A DNA stretch of 64,000 nt from the human T2T-CHM13v2.0 reference genome, Homo sapiens. The stretch is taken from NCBI RefSeq assembly GCF_009914755.1, contig NC_060926.1; one strand, 5' to 3'. The position numbers and the translations under genes were made by a program. Positions 13,738-26,255 of the stretch are shown piece by piece; position 1 is the first letter of the stretch; every line of letters begins with the position of its first letter. The notes beneath the pieces are model-generated. The model was not told the origin of the DNA. It made no database searches and worked only from the letters and a program-made list of their open reading frames with translations.

Positions 13738-16700
13738 ATGGCAGGAGTAAGTCCTTACTTATTAATAATAACGTTGAATGTAAATGGGCTAAAGTCTGCA
13801 ATCAGCTAGTACTGGAAGTCCTAGCCAAATGGATGAAAAAGTTAAGAGCCATTAATCTGTTGACTACAAGTAATACATTTTACCTATAAAGACACACATA
13901 GACTGAAAATAAAGGGATGGAAAAAATATGCTAGTGGAAACCAAAAAAGAGCAGGAGTCATTATACTTATATCAGACAAAATAGATTTCAAGACAAAAAC
14001 TATAAGAATTGACAAACAGTGTCACTATATAAAGATAAAGGGAACAATTCAGCAAGAGGATGTGACAGTTTTAAAGATATGTGCACCCAGGTCAGGCGCG
14101 GTGGCTCATGCCTGTAATCCCAACACTTTGGGAGGCCGAGGCGGGTGGATCACAAGGTCAGGAGATGGAGACCATCCTGGCTAAAACGGTATCCCATCAC
14201 TACTAAAAATACAAAAAAAAAAAAAAAAAAAAAAATTAGCTGGGCGTGGTGGCAGGTGCCTGTAGTCCCAGCTAATCAGGAGGCTGAGGCAGGAGAATGA
14301 ACCTGGGAGGCGGAGCTTGCAGTGAGCAGAGATTGCGCCACTGCACTCCAGCCTGGGTGACAGAGCAATACTCCATCTCAAAAAACAAAACAAAACAAAC
14401 AACAACAACAACAACAAAAAGATATGTGCACCCAACACTGGAGTACCCAGACGTATAAAGGAAATATTATTGAGCTAAAGTGAGAGGCAGGCCCTAATAC
14501 AATAATACTGGAAACTTCAACACCCCACTTTCAGCACTAAGCAGATTTTCCAGAAAGAAAATCAACAAAGAAACATCAGACTTAATCTGCACTATAAACC
14601 AAATAGATCTAGTAGATATTTAAAGAACATTTCATCCAAGTGCTGCAGAATACACATTCTCTTCCTCAGCACATGGATCATTCTCAAGAATAGATCATAT
14701 GTTAGGTCACAAAACAAGTCATAAAACATTTTTAAAAATTTAAATAGTGTCCAGCATCTTCTCTGACCACAATGGAATAAAACTAGAAATTAGTAACAAG
14801 AGGGATTTTAGAAACTATAAAATGCGTGGAAATTTAACAGTATGCTCCTGAATGACCATTGGGTCAATGAAGAAATTAAGGAAATTGAAAAATGTCTTGA
14901 AACAAATTATAATGGAAACACAACATACCAAAACCAAAGGGATACTGCAAAAGCAGTACTAAGAGGTAAATTTGTAGCTATAGGTGTCTACACCAAAAAA
15001 GAGGAAAAACTTTAAATAAACAATCTAATGATGCATCTTAAAGAACTAGAAAAGCAAGAGCAAACCAAACCCAAAATTAGTAGAAGAAAAGGAATAATAA
15101 AAATGAGAGCAGAAATAAATGAAATTTAAATGAAAAAATACAAAAGATCAATGAAACAAAAAGTTGGTTTTTTGAAGTTAAAATTGACAAACATGTAGCC
15201 AGACTAAGAAAAAAAGAAGATTCAAATAAAATCAGAAATGAAAAAGGAGACATTATAACTGACACTGCAGAAATTCAAAGAATCATTAGTGCCAACTATA
15301 AGCAAGTATATGCCAATAAATTGGAAAATCTAGAAGAAATGGACAAATTTCTAGTTACGTGCGACCTACCAAGATTGAACCAGGAAGAAATCCAAAACTT
15401 GAACAGACCAATAACAGGTAACAAGATCGAAACAATAATAAAAAGGCTCCCAATAAAGAAAAGCCCAGGACCTGATTGGCTTCACTGCTGAATTCTACAA
15501 AATATTCAGAGAAAAGAACTAATACCAAATCTACCCAAACTATTCTGAAAAATACAGGAGGAGGGAATACTTCCAAACTCATTCTATGAGGCCAGTATTA
15601 CCCCGATACAATAACTGACAAAGACACATCAAAAAAAGAAAACAATAAGCCAATATCTCTGATAAATACTGATGCAAAAGTCTTTAACAAAATACTGGCA
15701 AACCAAATTCAACAATACATTAGATCATTCATCATGACAAAGTGGGATTTATCCTTGCGATGCAAGGATGGTTCAACATTCAGAAATTAACCAATGTGAT
15801 ACATCATATCAACAGAATGAAGGATAAAAACCATATGATCATTGCAATTGATGCTGAAAAAGCATTTGATAAGATTCACTATCACTTCATGATAAACCCT
15901 CAAAAAATTGGGTCTAGAAGGAATATACCTCAAAATAATAAAAGCCATAGATGACAGACCCACAGCTAGTATCATACTGAATGGGTGAAAAACTGAAAGC
16001 CTTTCCTCTAAGATCAGGAAAATGACAAGGATGACCCTGCCACCACTGTTAATCAACATAGTACTGGAAGTTCTAGCTAGAGCGATCATAGAAGAGAAAG
16101 ATATAAAGGACATCCAAATTGGAAAGGAAGAAGTCAAATTATCCCTGCTTGCAGATGATATAATCTTATGTTTGGAAAACCTAAGCTCCACAAGAAAGTG
16201 ATGAGAACTGATTAACAAATTTAGTAAAGTTGCAGGATAAAAAATTAACATACACAAATCAGTAACATACCTATATGCCAACAGTGAACAATGTGAAAAA
16301 GAAAGAAAAAAATGTAATCCCATTTACAGTAGCCACACATCAAATTAAATACCTAGGAGTTAACCAAAGAAGTGAAAGATCTGTATAATGAAAACTATAA
16401 AACAGTGATGAAAGAAATTGAAGAGGACACCAAAAAATGGAAAAATATTCCATGTTCATGGATTGGAAGAATCATTATTGTTAAAATGTTCATACTACCC
16501 AAAACAATCTACAGATTCAATGCAATCGCTCTCAAAATACCAATAACATTCTTCACAGAAATAGAAAAAAAAAATACTAAAATTTATATGGAACCACAAA
16601 AGACCCAGAATAGCCAAAGCTCTCCTAAGCAAAAAGAACGAAACTAGAGGAATCACATTACCTGACTTCAAATTATACTACAGAGCTACAGTAACCAAAA

Positions 16701-17866
16701 CAGCATGGTACTTGCAATAAAACAGACGCATAGACCAATGGAACAGAATAGAGAAACCAGAAACAAACCCACACACCTGCAGTAATCTCATTTTTGACAA
16801 AAGTGCCAAAAACATACACTGGAGAAAAGGCAGTCTTTTCAATAAATGGTGCTTAGAAAACTGGATATCCATTTGTAGAAGAATGAAACTAGACCCTTAT
16901 CTCTCACCATATACAAAAATCAAAAAAGGATTAAAGACAAATCTAAAGCCTCAAACCTTGAAATTACTACAGGAAAACATTGGGGAGAATTTTCAGGACA
17001 CTGGTCTGGACAAAAATGTATTGAGTCATACCCCACAAGCACAGGCAACCAAAGCGAAAATGGACAAATGGGATAACATCAAGTTAAAAAGCTGCTGCAC
17101 GCAAAGGATACAGTCAACAAAGTAAAGAGGCAACCCACAGAATGGAAGAATATATTTGCAAACTACCCACGTGGCAAGGGATAAACAACCAGAATATATG
17201 ACCTCAAACAACTATATGGGAAAAAAAAATCTTATAATCTGATCAAAAGATGGGCAAAAATTTTAATAGACATCTCTACAAAGAAGACATACAAATGGCA
17301 AACAGGCATTTGGAAAGGTGCTCAATGTTATTGATAATCAGAGAAATGTAAATCAAAACTGCTTATCATCTCATCCTAGTTAAAATGGCTTATATCCAAA
17401 ACACAGGTAATAAGAAATGCTGGTGAGGATGTGGAGAAAAGGCAACCCTTGTACACTGTTAGTGGGAATGTAAATTAGTGCAACCACTATGCAGAACAGT
17501 TTGGGAGTTTCTCAGAAAACTAAAAATTGAGTTATCGTATGATCCAGCAATCCCACTACTGGGTATATACCCAAAAGATAGGAAATCAGTGTATATCAAA
17601 GAGATATCTGCACTCTTATGTTTGTTGCAGCACTGTTCACAATAGCCAAGATTTGGAATCAACCTAAGTGTCCCCCCTCAACATACAAATGGATAAGGAA
17701 CATATGGTACATATTCACCATGTGGATATGTGTATCAGCCATAAAAAAACAATGAGATACAGTCTTTTGCAACAACATGGATGGAACTGGAGATCATTAT
17801 GTTAAGTGAAATAAGCCAGACACAGAAAGACGAACATCACATGTTCTCACTTATTTGTGGGATCTA
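13738..17866 (+). pseudogene. L1MA ORF2 (endonuclease/reverse transcriptase) remnant, interrupted by AluY
   Basis: ORF-track fragments MQGWFNIQK...[24 protein letters not shown] and [13 protein letters not shown]; FADD-equivalent 'cttgcagatgatata' near 16148. Many frameshifts. Confidence 0.9.
14090..14417 (+). mobile_element. AluY inserted in L1MA ORF2
   Basis: AluY diagnostics 'gagaccatcctggctaa' and 'gcggagcttgcagtgag'. Perfect 17-bp TSD aaagatatgtgcaccca (14073-14089 and 14418-14434). Expanded middle A-run and (AAC)n tail. Confidence 0.95.
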
Positions 17867-19127
17867 AAAATCAAAAGAATTGAACTCATAGAATAAGGAT
17901 GGTTACCAGAGGCTGGGAAGTGTAGTAGGGGGCTGGAGGAGAGGTGGGAGTAGTTAATGGGTAAGAAACAAAATAATAAGAAAGAATGAATAAGACCTAC
18001 TATTGACAGCACAACTGAAGAATTATAGTCAATAATAACTGTACATTTTTAAATAAAGAGTATAATTAGATTGTTTGCATCTCAATTGATAAATGCTTGG
18101 AGTGATGGATACCCAATTCTCCCTGATGTGCTAATTTCACATTTCATACCTGTATCAAAACATCTTATATAACCCATAAATAGATACACTTTTTATGTAC
18201 CCACAAACATTAAAATAAATAAAAATAAAGATAAATACTAGTGCTAATAGTTCTTATGAAACAGACATAAAAATCAAAGACAATGTATTAAAAATCTCAA
18301 AGTGGTCCTTTTTTATATATATTAAATACAAGAGTAAAATAGGTACATTACTAAAGATGTATCATTCCATCCAAAACTGTATAATGGTTTGTTTCTCAGT
18401 CATTGTGGTTAAAACCATTTTTTTAATGTAGGAATGTTCTGTGAGGAAGACATTTTATCATCTCTGGGTCTTAACCTGAGCATTTGGGGTTTTACACAAC
18501 TTCTTTTCTCTACAAAGAACACATCCATCCTTCTTTAAAAAAAACACACAGAAGTTGTAAATGCACAGAAGTCATAAACATACAGAAGAGTCATTAAATG
18601 GTTTCCTTGCTATTTAGTTTTTAAACATTTTATTCCAACTGCCTGAGGAGCCATTATTTTTCTTAATGTGATAGATTGCAATAATGGATATATTTGCCCC
18701 CTTGAGTTGCTGAATAAAGCTGTGCATACTACACATTATCAGTTTCCAAAGATTCTATGCAAACCCCTTTTTTGTATTGGCTTTTGTGGGTTCAGAGCTG
18801 CTGAGCTGTACTTTGAGAAAAAAATATCAAAGTAAAACAACTGAAACCATGAAGCTTCACAGCTCTATGTTATTATACATCAATTTAGACTTGTTTAAAA
18901 AAAATAGGCTGTTGGTTTACAATAGTTTGGAAATCTTTAAAGATTATTGCCTGAATATTTGGTTCTGCGTTACAGGCCAAATATAACCCAGAGTAGCCTA
19001 AATGACATTTTACTAGCCTAAAGTTCTCATAATACTAAACAGTTCAGTCCCTTTTCTTTGGGTTCTTATTTTAAATTGTGCTTATAAGAACGAGGCCATG
19101 TACTCTGGAAAAATTCCATACTTTTAA

Positions 19128-19170
19128 AAGAATAGTATTGCAAGATGTCAAGAATAGTATTGCAAGATGT
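19128..19170 (+). repeat. Tandem duplication with 22-bp period
   Basis: aagaatagtattgcaagatgt occurs twice, separated by one c. Confidence 0.95.
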
Positions 19171-19189
19171 TAGGACTCTCTTCCAAGAT

Positions 19190-19330
19190 GTTTTGTTCAC
19201 ACCATTTATTCAACGGATATTTCTTGAGCTCCTATGTGATGCCTGGCATTGTTAGGCAGCAGAGATATGATGATGAGCAGGTACCAACTTGCCCTCAAGA
19301 AGCTTACAGTTAGCTAATAAACAGATATGT
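19190..19330 (-). mobile_element. L2 3' end fragment
   Basis: 'catttattcaacggatatttcttgagctcctatgtgatgcctggcattgttagg...tgccctcaagaagcttacagt'. Confidence 0.7.
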
Positions 19331-19461
19331 GCAAAGAAGAGTTAGAGGTGCAAAGGAAAGAGAAAGTATAGGACTGGAGGGAATATTAACGAGGAAGGGG
19401 AAAAGTCCACATGAAGATGGTTTAGAAAATTTTCATAAAAGAGGTATGCATTCTGGGCTGC

Positions 19462-19715
19462 ATAGTGGTAGCAGTGAAGAACAGGCAATTCTCAAAATAG
19501 ACTCTCTGGATTCTGGGTTTAAATCTTGAGTCTGCTATTTCATAGTCATATAAATTGAGTAAGTTACCTATTTCTAATATCAAAGGCTCAGACCCCTAAA
19601 CAGTAAAAGGGGACTGATAGTGGTGTCTTCCTCATAGTTATTGTGAGGGTGAAATGACAAATTCCAAAATGTAAAGTGTTTATATCTGGAAAGTCTCAGT
19701 AAATGTAGGTTGTTA
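19462..19715 (+). mobile_element. MIR
   Basis: 'ctgggtttaaatcttgagtctgcta...gagtaagttacct...cctcatagttattgtgagggtgaaatga...ctcagtaaatgtagg'. Confidence 0.75.
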
Positions 19716-20104
19716 CAAATCTTGAAAGATAACTAGTTTACCAGGCAACAGAAGTGAGGCATATCAAATGGTCCTTCCTTAGAATATATAGGAAGAACAT
19801 ATTTTCCACTAATACATCTAAGGAAATTAAAGCAGTAATACATTTTAATAAAGGCAAATATTTCCAAAGGCCCTCTTCCCTTTTCTGTCTGTTCACAAAT
19901 AGTTTGAATAGGTGCTAAATGCAGACTGCTGCTTGAATGGGACTATTACACCAGGTTGTTGACAACCTGGTGTTATGGACTTACAGACTGCTATGAACCA
20001 AACTGCATAATGGGAGTTAAGACAGTGGTTTGGGAACAAACTAGAAATAGAGTGTAAAGATACAGTTTTGTGTGCCAAACATGATAGAAATATCTATCAG
20101 AAAG

Positions 20105-20530
20105 AAAATGTAGCCTTTTTGAAGATAGCTTGGCAATATAATTTCAAAACCCTTACAAAAGTCCAGAATTCTTGACCCAGTAATTCCCTTTGTAATCTAT
20201 GTTAAGCAAACAACTTGAAATGCCGTAAAGAATTTAAGTACAAAGATGCTCATTACAGCATCAGTTGTAATGGAAAAAAATGTTATTGATATGACAGTCA
20301 GTTGTGGTCTAAGAGGCTTTTCATAATACAGGAAAATATTCAAATTAAAGTGTAAAATCAAGAAGGCACAATACTATCTTAACTATAGAAAATCCATAAA
20401 AGAAACACTAGAAATAAATAAGTCAAAGTAACAATGATTTCTTCTGGGTGGTGGAAATAAAGGTAACCTTTTGTTATTCTTTTTTACTTTTGGCATTTTC
20501 AAAATAAGGTACATACATTGTTTTTAGAAT
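20105..20530 (+). mobile_element. L1ME-type 3' fragment
   Basis: 'cttgacccagtaattccc', 'aaagatgctcattacagca' and 'tctgggtggtggaaataaaggtaacctttt'. Confidence 0.55.
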
Positions 20531-21324
20531 AAGGCAAACAAAAGACTGAAAAAGGAGAGAAAAATTCAGTGTAGTTCTATGAAATTCCTCAATGAAAGAA
20601 TGTTCAAAGGAAGAATTTTAAGTGACAGTTTCTCTTTGGCCATTCATCTTTATCCATCAAACTGTCATTCGTGGCCTTATACATCCTTTCTTTGCTCTGA
20701 GTCGTGTAAAATCATTTGCTTTCCCAACAATGCATCCACTGTGTGGCACCATCTTTTTTGCATTTACTCATATCCTCATGTTCTGGCCTGGGAGGATCTG
20801 AAAAATCTGTCCCCGGAGCATAAAATGCCTTTTCCAGCAGAGACTTGAGATGGAAACCAATCACTGACCAGAGTCTTTTTTGGGAAAATGATGCTCCTCT
20901 ATTTGTAGCTGTGAATAAACTCTTGCTCAATTTGACTACCAAAAATTATTCCTGTGTGTTTTTTCTTCTGTTTGTCATAGTTAACAGAGAGGTATTTCCC
21001 ACTGCCATATTTGAATTTTATGCATAAACGCATAGATGCTGAAATTCAGCCTTAGGCCTTCAAGAAACTCCGTATGTCGGCTTTCTGTTTCAATCCCATA
21101 TGCAGCTCAGGTAGAGTATGTGCTGCAAACTGCATGTGGCCTGAAGAATGATCACTGGCTTGTTTGGTTTTGCTTTGTTTGGTTTTTTATGCTAATAAGT
21201 GTGCACTGTTGACTACTATAGTCACAAGTTAAGTGAGCTGGTAAAGGCAATGGGAAATGCAAATCTGAAATATAAAATGAAGCAGAAAACATAGTTCATA
21301 CCTTCAAGGTGTTTATATTCTTTT

Positions 21325-21643
21325 GCCACACTATCTACTGTAGCACTAGCCACATGTTGTTATCAAGCATTTAAAATGCAACTACTCCAAATGAAGGTCT
21401 GCTGTAAGTTTAAAATATAAAACAGCTTTTGAAGACTTAGTACAAAGAAAAAAATGTGAAAATGTGAAAGATCTAAGTAATGTATACTAACTAAATATTG
21501 AAATAATATTTGGCTATATTAGGTTAAATAAAATATATTAGGAAAATTAATTTCACATTTTTCATTTTTCTCTTTTAATTGTGGCTCTAGAAAATTTTAA
21601 GTTACATATGCTGATTACCTTTGTGACTCATGTTATATTTCTA
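21325..21643. mobile_element. MER33-like hAT-Charlie DNA transposon
   Basis: 'gtagcactagccacatg...gaagacttagtacaaagaaaaaaatgt...gtggctctagaaaattttaagttacatatg'. Confidence 0.75.
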
Positions 21644-21998
21644 CATAAAGACTCACCCACATGAAAATTAAATGATCAGACAAAAATCAATGACAATACT
21701 GAAATATAAACCTGAGCAATATTAAAACAAATATATAGTGGATTTATAAATTAGCAATAAGGACTATAAATATCATTAGTTCAGAAGAAAAAAAAAAGAT
21801 GGCCATGGACAAAGTGAGGACAGCCTTGGAAAATGTGTTCAGAAATTCACCATGGTCCTTCAACTTAATGGCCCAATCCACTCTGGTGATTGTTTGCTCT
21901 TACTTCCTCCAGTGATGTTTTGGTCTAATTCCTAACTTTTTAAACATTAATTCAGTGTCTTGGACTTCTATCCTACACTATGATGCTGTCTGTCTGAC

Positions 21999-22133
21999 TC
22001 ACTTCTAAATTGAAGTGCATATATAAAAAAAATTGAATCACTCCAATGATTTTAAATCACTCTTCAATGTGCAGAGCAATTTAAAATTACTGGAGTGCTT
22101 CCAATTTTTATTAGTCCTTGAATTTGGAAGTGA
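21999..22133. repeat. Long imperfect inverted repeat (~135 bp)
   Basis: Inner arms 22029-22063 and 22073-22108 pair at 30 of 36 positions around a 9-nt loop. Outer arms 21999-22015 and 22117-22133 pair at 15 of 17. Confidence 0.85.
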
Positions 22134-24245
22134 TCTAGGCTTTTCTGGGCATGTGCAATGCACTGTGACTTAAAATTATTAAGCTCTCATGCACCCCCAC
22201 CCTTATTTGTAAGAAGCTGATTTCACTTTGCAATGGAAACCATCAGGAGGGTATGGCATGGAAATAGCATGGATAACAAAAAACACAGGTGGAAAATAGC
22301 TTCCATTTAATAATGAGAACTATACTTTGTAATTAGAAAGTGTCTTGCCCAAGGATCTCTAAGTGCTTCATAAACATTAGCTCATTCATCATGAAAACAT
22401 CTTATTGGAGGCATATTTCCAGTGTGGGAGGGTGGTGATAGGGATGGGCAAAGCCATTAGATTGGCTTAAAACATTGAATTGGGTAATTTGAATGATGTG
22501 AGAACTATGCCTAGGACATTTATTTTTGGTACTGCTTTATTTTTCTTTTTTCTTTTTGCAAGGAGAAGGAGGTAATGTTACACTGTCTGGTCCATTTGCA
22601 AATGTCATAAAAAATTAACTTGGCAATGCAGAATCTACTAAATAAATTGCTTATCCCAAATAAACTCCAGGAGCACACATAAAATGATTGGTTTCCTAAT
22701 TTAATTACTTTAGTTAAACTTTGGAAGAAAATACATAAACCTTTCCACTATTTTCTTTCAATTTAATTCCTTCCTGTTTAGCATATGCTGAATTCACTGA
22801 ACCTAAAACATTCACCTGTAAGATGGTTTATCTGAGAATTTTCAAGTCATAGGCTTTTCCTCTGTTACAGTTATATGAGAACTTTTAATCAATATAGGAG
22901 TGTAGTAAAACCTTTATTGTAGAAGTGGCCTAATTTAGAAACAAGAAAAAGAAATTCAGTAAATTTTTAATGTTGACTAAGAAGTGTGCCTGCTTGTTCT
23001 TCACTATTAAGGAATCGATTTTTGAGACTTACTATGATAAGCGCATGATGCTAGGCATTGAAAACATTAACAGTGAATCTGGTAAAATGAAGCCTGTGAA
23101 CAAACAGGCTTATTTAGAAGGAAAGATTTCAAGTGGTCTCACTATAAGATAATACACTGGTAGTAATATGTAATATGTCTCACACAAAATAATAGTATGA
23201 ATTACCCAGAGCATTGACTGAGTTCTTGACAAAGGCCATGTGTTTCGTTATCTGTTATAAACAAACAACAGTAACAACAATAAGTAGTAAAATTAGAGAA
23301 AGAGGTGTTTAAGGGCCCACTCCTGCAAAAGGCTATAAGAAATAAAAACCAGGTCCAACAAAGTGACCTCTATAGAAATGACAGAACTGGCCATAGTTGT
23401 TTGCTTTAGACAACATACAAAATCATATATATGAGTATAAAGTTTTTCTGTCAATTCATGCAAAGAATCACAGTTCATTCTTCCAAATTCACAATGGCAA
23501 GGTCCTGCAGAAATCCAGGGCCACAACTCTCTCACCCAATTCAGTAACATCTCAGCAAAGGTGATCTTAAAGCAGAACCTAACATGAAATATGTGTGTAT
23601 TGTTGTTGTTGTTTTAAATCCTCTTTGGAACATTATGACCCATAGGCGGAAATAGAATTTACAGTAATGCCAAGGATTAAAAGGAATGAGCCTCTTGTTT
23701 AGAAAATTAGCTAATCAATATGCCAAGCTTATTTTTAAAAATGCTTTAATTTTTTAAAATACAGCATGTCCGCTCTAGCTTCCTGTATTTGACTCTGATA
23801 ATAAAACTTTCAGTATGACTAATGTAGTTTAGCTAAACAAATTAGAGAACTGCATCGTTTGTGCTGAGGAGAGTTTCCATTAGCCATTGTGATGTTCTCT
23901 TCCTGGTCAGTGAGTAATGACTGTGATCCAGGCCAGGAGAGCGAGGTTTATGTTTTTTGATGGAGAGACAGGAATCAGTGAGCAAAGACTACAGGAAAGG
24001 GAGGGCCATGGTTTCTCCACTCAGAGACTATAGGCTGCTTTGGGAAGAGAGAAGAGAGGAACAGACACGAGCATCCCTCCTATTTTCTTGGTTGCAAAGC
24101 TCCTGCTATTTTTAGTTAATGGAACACAAGCTGAATGTCAAAGAGAACCAGGGGAAGAAGCAGGGATACCCAGAAGAACTCACTGTACTGGACTCTCCAT
24201 TCTTCCCAGCATCTCTGTAGGCCTCGGCCTGCATGCTAGGGGATA

Positions 24246-24710
24246 TGTTATGAGTTGAATTGTGTGAATACCCCCAACCATGATGTTGAATTCCTAGCCT
24301 CCAGTACCTCCAAATGCTACCTTATTTGGCAAAAGGGTCATTGCAGATGTAATTGGTTAAGATGAGGTCATGCTGGAATAGGGTGGGCCGTTAGGCTACT
24401 CTGACATTTTTATAAGAATAGGAAAGATGACGTGAAGACAGACACCCAGGGGAGAAGTCCATGTGACAGCAATGAAAAAGACTGGAACCATGTAGCTGCA
24501 AGGCAAGGAATGCCAAGAGTTGCCAGCCACCACCAAAAGCTAGGAAGAGGCGAGGAAGGATTCCACCTACAGCCTTCAGAGGGAGTATGCTTCTGTTAAC
24601 ACCTTGGTTTTGGACTTCTAGCCTCCAAAACTGTGAGAAAAGACGTTTTTGCTTTTATAAGCCACACAGTTCATGGTACTTTGTTCCAGCATTCCTACAA
24701 ATCTAATACA
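24246..24710 (+). mobile_element. MLT1C-like MaLR solo LTR
   Basis: 'tgttatgagttgaattgtg' to 'ctaataca' termini, internal 'aaggaatgccaag...aagctaggaagagg', near-TSD ggata/gggta. Confidence 0.85.
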
Positions 24711-25882
24711 GGGTATGAGGAATTACAGAATTTTCTGGAAGTTCCCTGTTGTCAGAGAGGCTGAGTATGAATGGCTGGGACTGAACTAGAAAGGAGACCT
24801 CAGTTTCATAGTGATTTTCCAGAAACTAACTTTTTGCCCCGGTCAAATCAGTGCCCTTCTCCAGCTTCTATAAAATGCCATTTCCATTGTCCCTTCCAGT
24901 CGTACTGTTTTGTGATGTAGGAGTCACTAGTGGCAATAGATCATGTCTAGGGGAGGGGGTGAGGCTGGCGAGGCAGGGGGTGGGAATCAGGTCAGGTTCT
25001 CCTTATCTTCATGTCAAGCGGGCAGATAGGAAGTATGAGGAGAGAGGATATTTGCTGTGGCTGCCTATTTAGTATCTGCTTATTTAATCTCATTCTTGAG
25101 GCCTATGGTTAATGTCTGCTCTCCCATATCACCTCAGGTCACTAAGCACATGCCCTATAGTCAATGCACACTTACTGATGTGCCATCCTTTAAAACAGCA
25201 TTGCGTTCACTCTCTCACTGTCTCCAATATGATGTATCTGTGGTCCACAGGGTAACAAGAAAGTCCTGACTAACATGAAGCCAGAAGAGAAGGTGTCTGC
25301 ATTTAAACAGAGACTTGCAGTATCTCCCAGGAACACTTTGGTTGGAAAAGAAAATTTCCTTAGCTAAGTCAGGATAAATCAAAGCTTATCAGTCTGGCAA
25401 ACTATGTTTTGGAAGAGCAAGACCACTTAGGTCAAGGTACAGTTCCTGTCAAGGTTTCGGAATCTTGTTCTAAGGTTGGAGATTGTGGCTATCCTTACAG
25501 CTTCATGGAGCAGTAGACATGTTGAGATAGGATTTGGTCAGCAAAATGGAGAATTAGCAAGTTTCAGAAAAGCTGCCCACCTGCCAGCAAGTCCAGCTTA
25601 TCTCATAGTTGACAAATACAACCTAAGTTGATAGTAAAGATTAGCTGGTTTCATTTCATTTTACACAGGAAGAAACTTTGATTCAGAGAGGTTATTGCTA
25701 AAGAACAGATCTTTAATAAATAGATTAACTTTGATCTGTTATCCACATTTTTGATTGATATAATCTTTAATTCTTCTTTTCCATCTTAATAAGGACTTTA
25801 GAAACATTTGAGATCCTGTTAATTATAAACATGGAGCAATTTTCATCAAATATATAAAAGTTAAAAACATAATAGCATTTCT

Positions 25883-26255
25883 TGTGGCACATATACACCA
25901 TGGAATACTATGCAGCAATAAAAAAAGGATGAGTTCATGTCCTTTGCAGGGACATGGATGAAGCTGGAAACCATCATTCTCAGCAAACTAACACAGGAAC
26001 AGAAAACCAAACACTGCATATTCTCACTCATAAGTGGGAGTTGAACAATGAGAACACATGGACACAGCGAGGGGAACATCACACATTGGAGCCTGTCTGC
26101 AGATGGAGGGCCAGGGGAGGGATAACATTAGGAGAAATACCTAATGTAGATGATGGGTTGATGGGTGCAGCAAACCACCATGGCACATGTATACCTATGT
26201 AACAAACCTGCACATTCTGCACATGTATCCCAGAACTTAAAGTATAATTTTAAAA
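25883..26255 (+). mobile_element. 5'-truncated L1PA7-like 3' end
   Basis: 'ggagaaatacctaatgtagatgatgggttgatgggtgcagcaaaccacc'. TSD aatagcatttct at 25871-25882 and 26256-26267. Confidence 0.9.

Larger units (their letters stand above)
11934..18230 (+). mobile_element. L1MA1/L1MA2-type LINE-1 with both ends and an internal 5' UTR deletion; inactive
   Basis: TSD ataaa(c/t)actagtgct at 11919-11933 and 18231-18245. 5' start 'gagcaaaatagtggaatcgaaag', ORF1 remnant, long inter-ORF spacer, ORF2 remnants and an L1MA-type 3' UTR 'gataaatgcttggagtgatggatacc...tatgtacccaca' followed by an A tail. Confidence 0.9.

Noticed and set aside
15787-16323. 178-aa hydrophobic ORF on the minus strand
   Set aside because: Antisense frame of L1 ORF2, a common artefact.
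20981-21109. Possible exon between a pyrimidine-rich acceptor and CAG|gtagag
   Set aside because: No convincing reading frame or homology; such splice-like pairs are common by chance.
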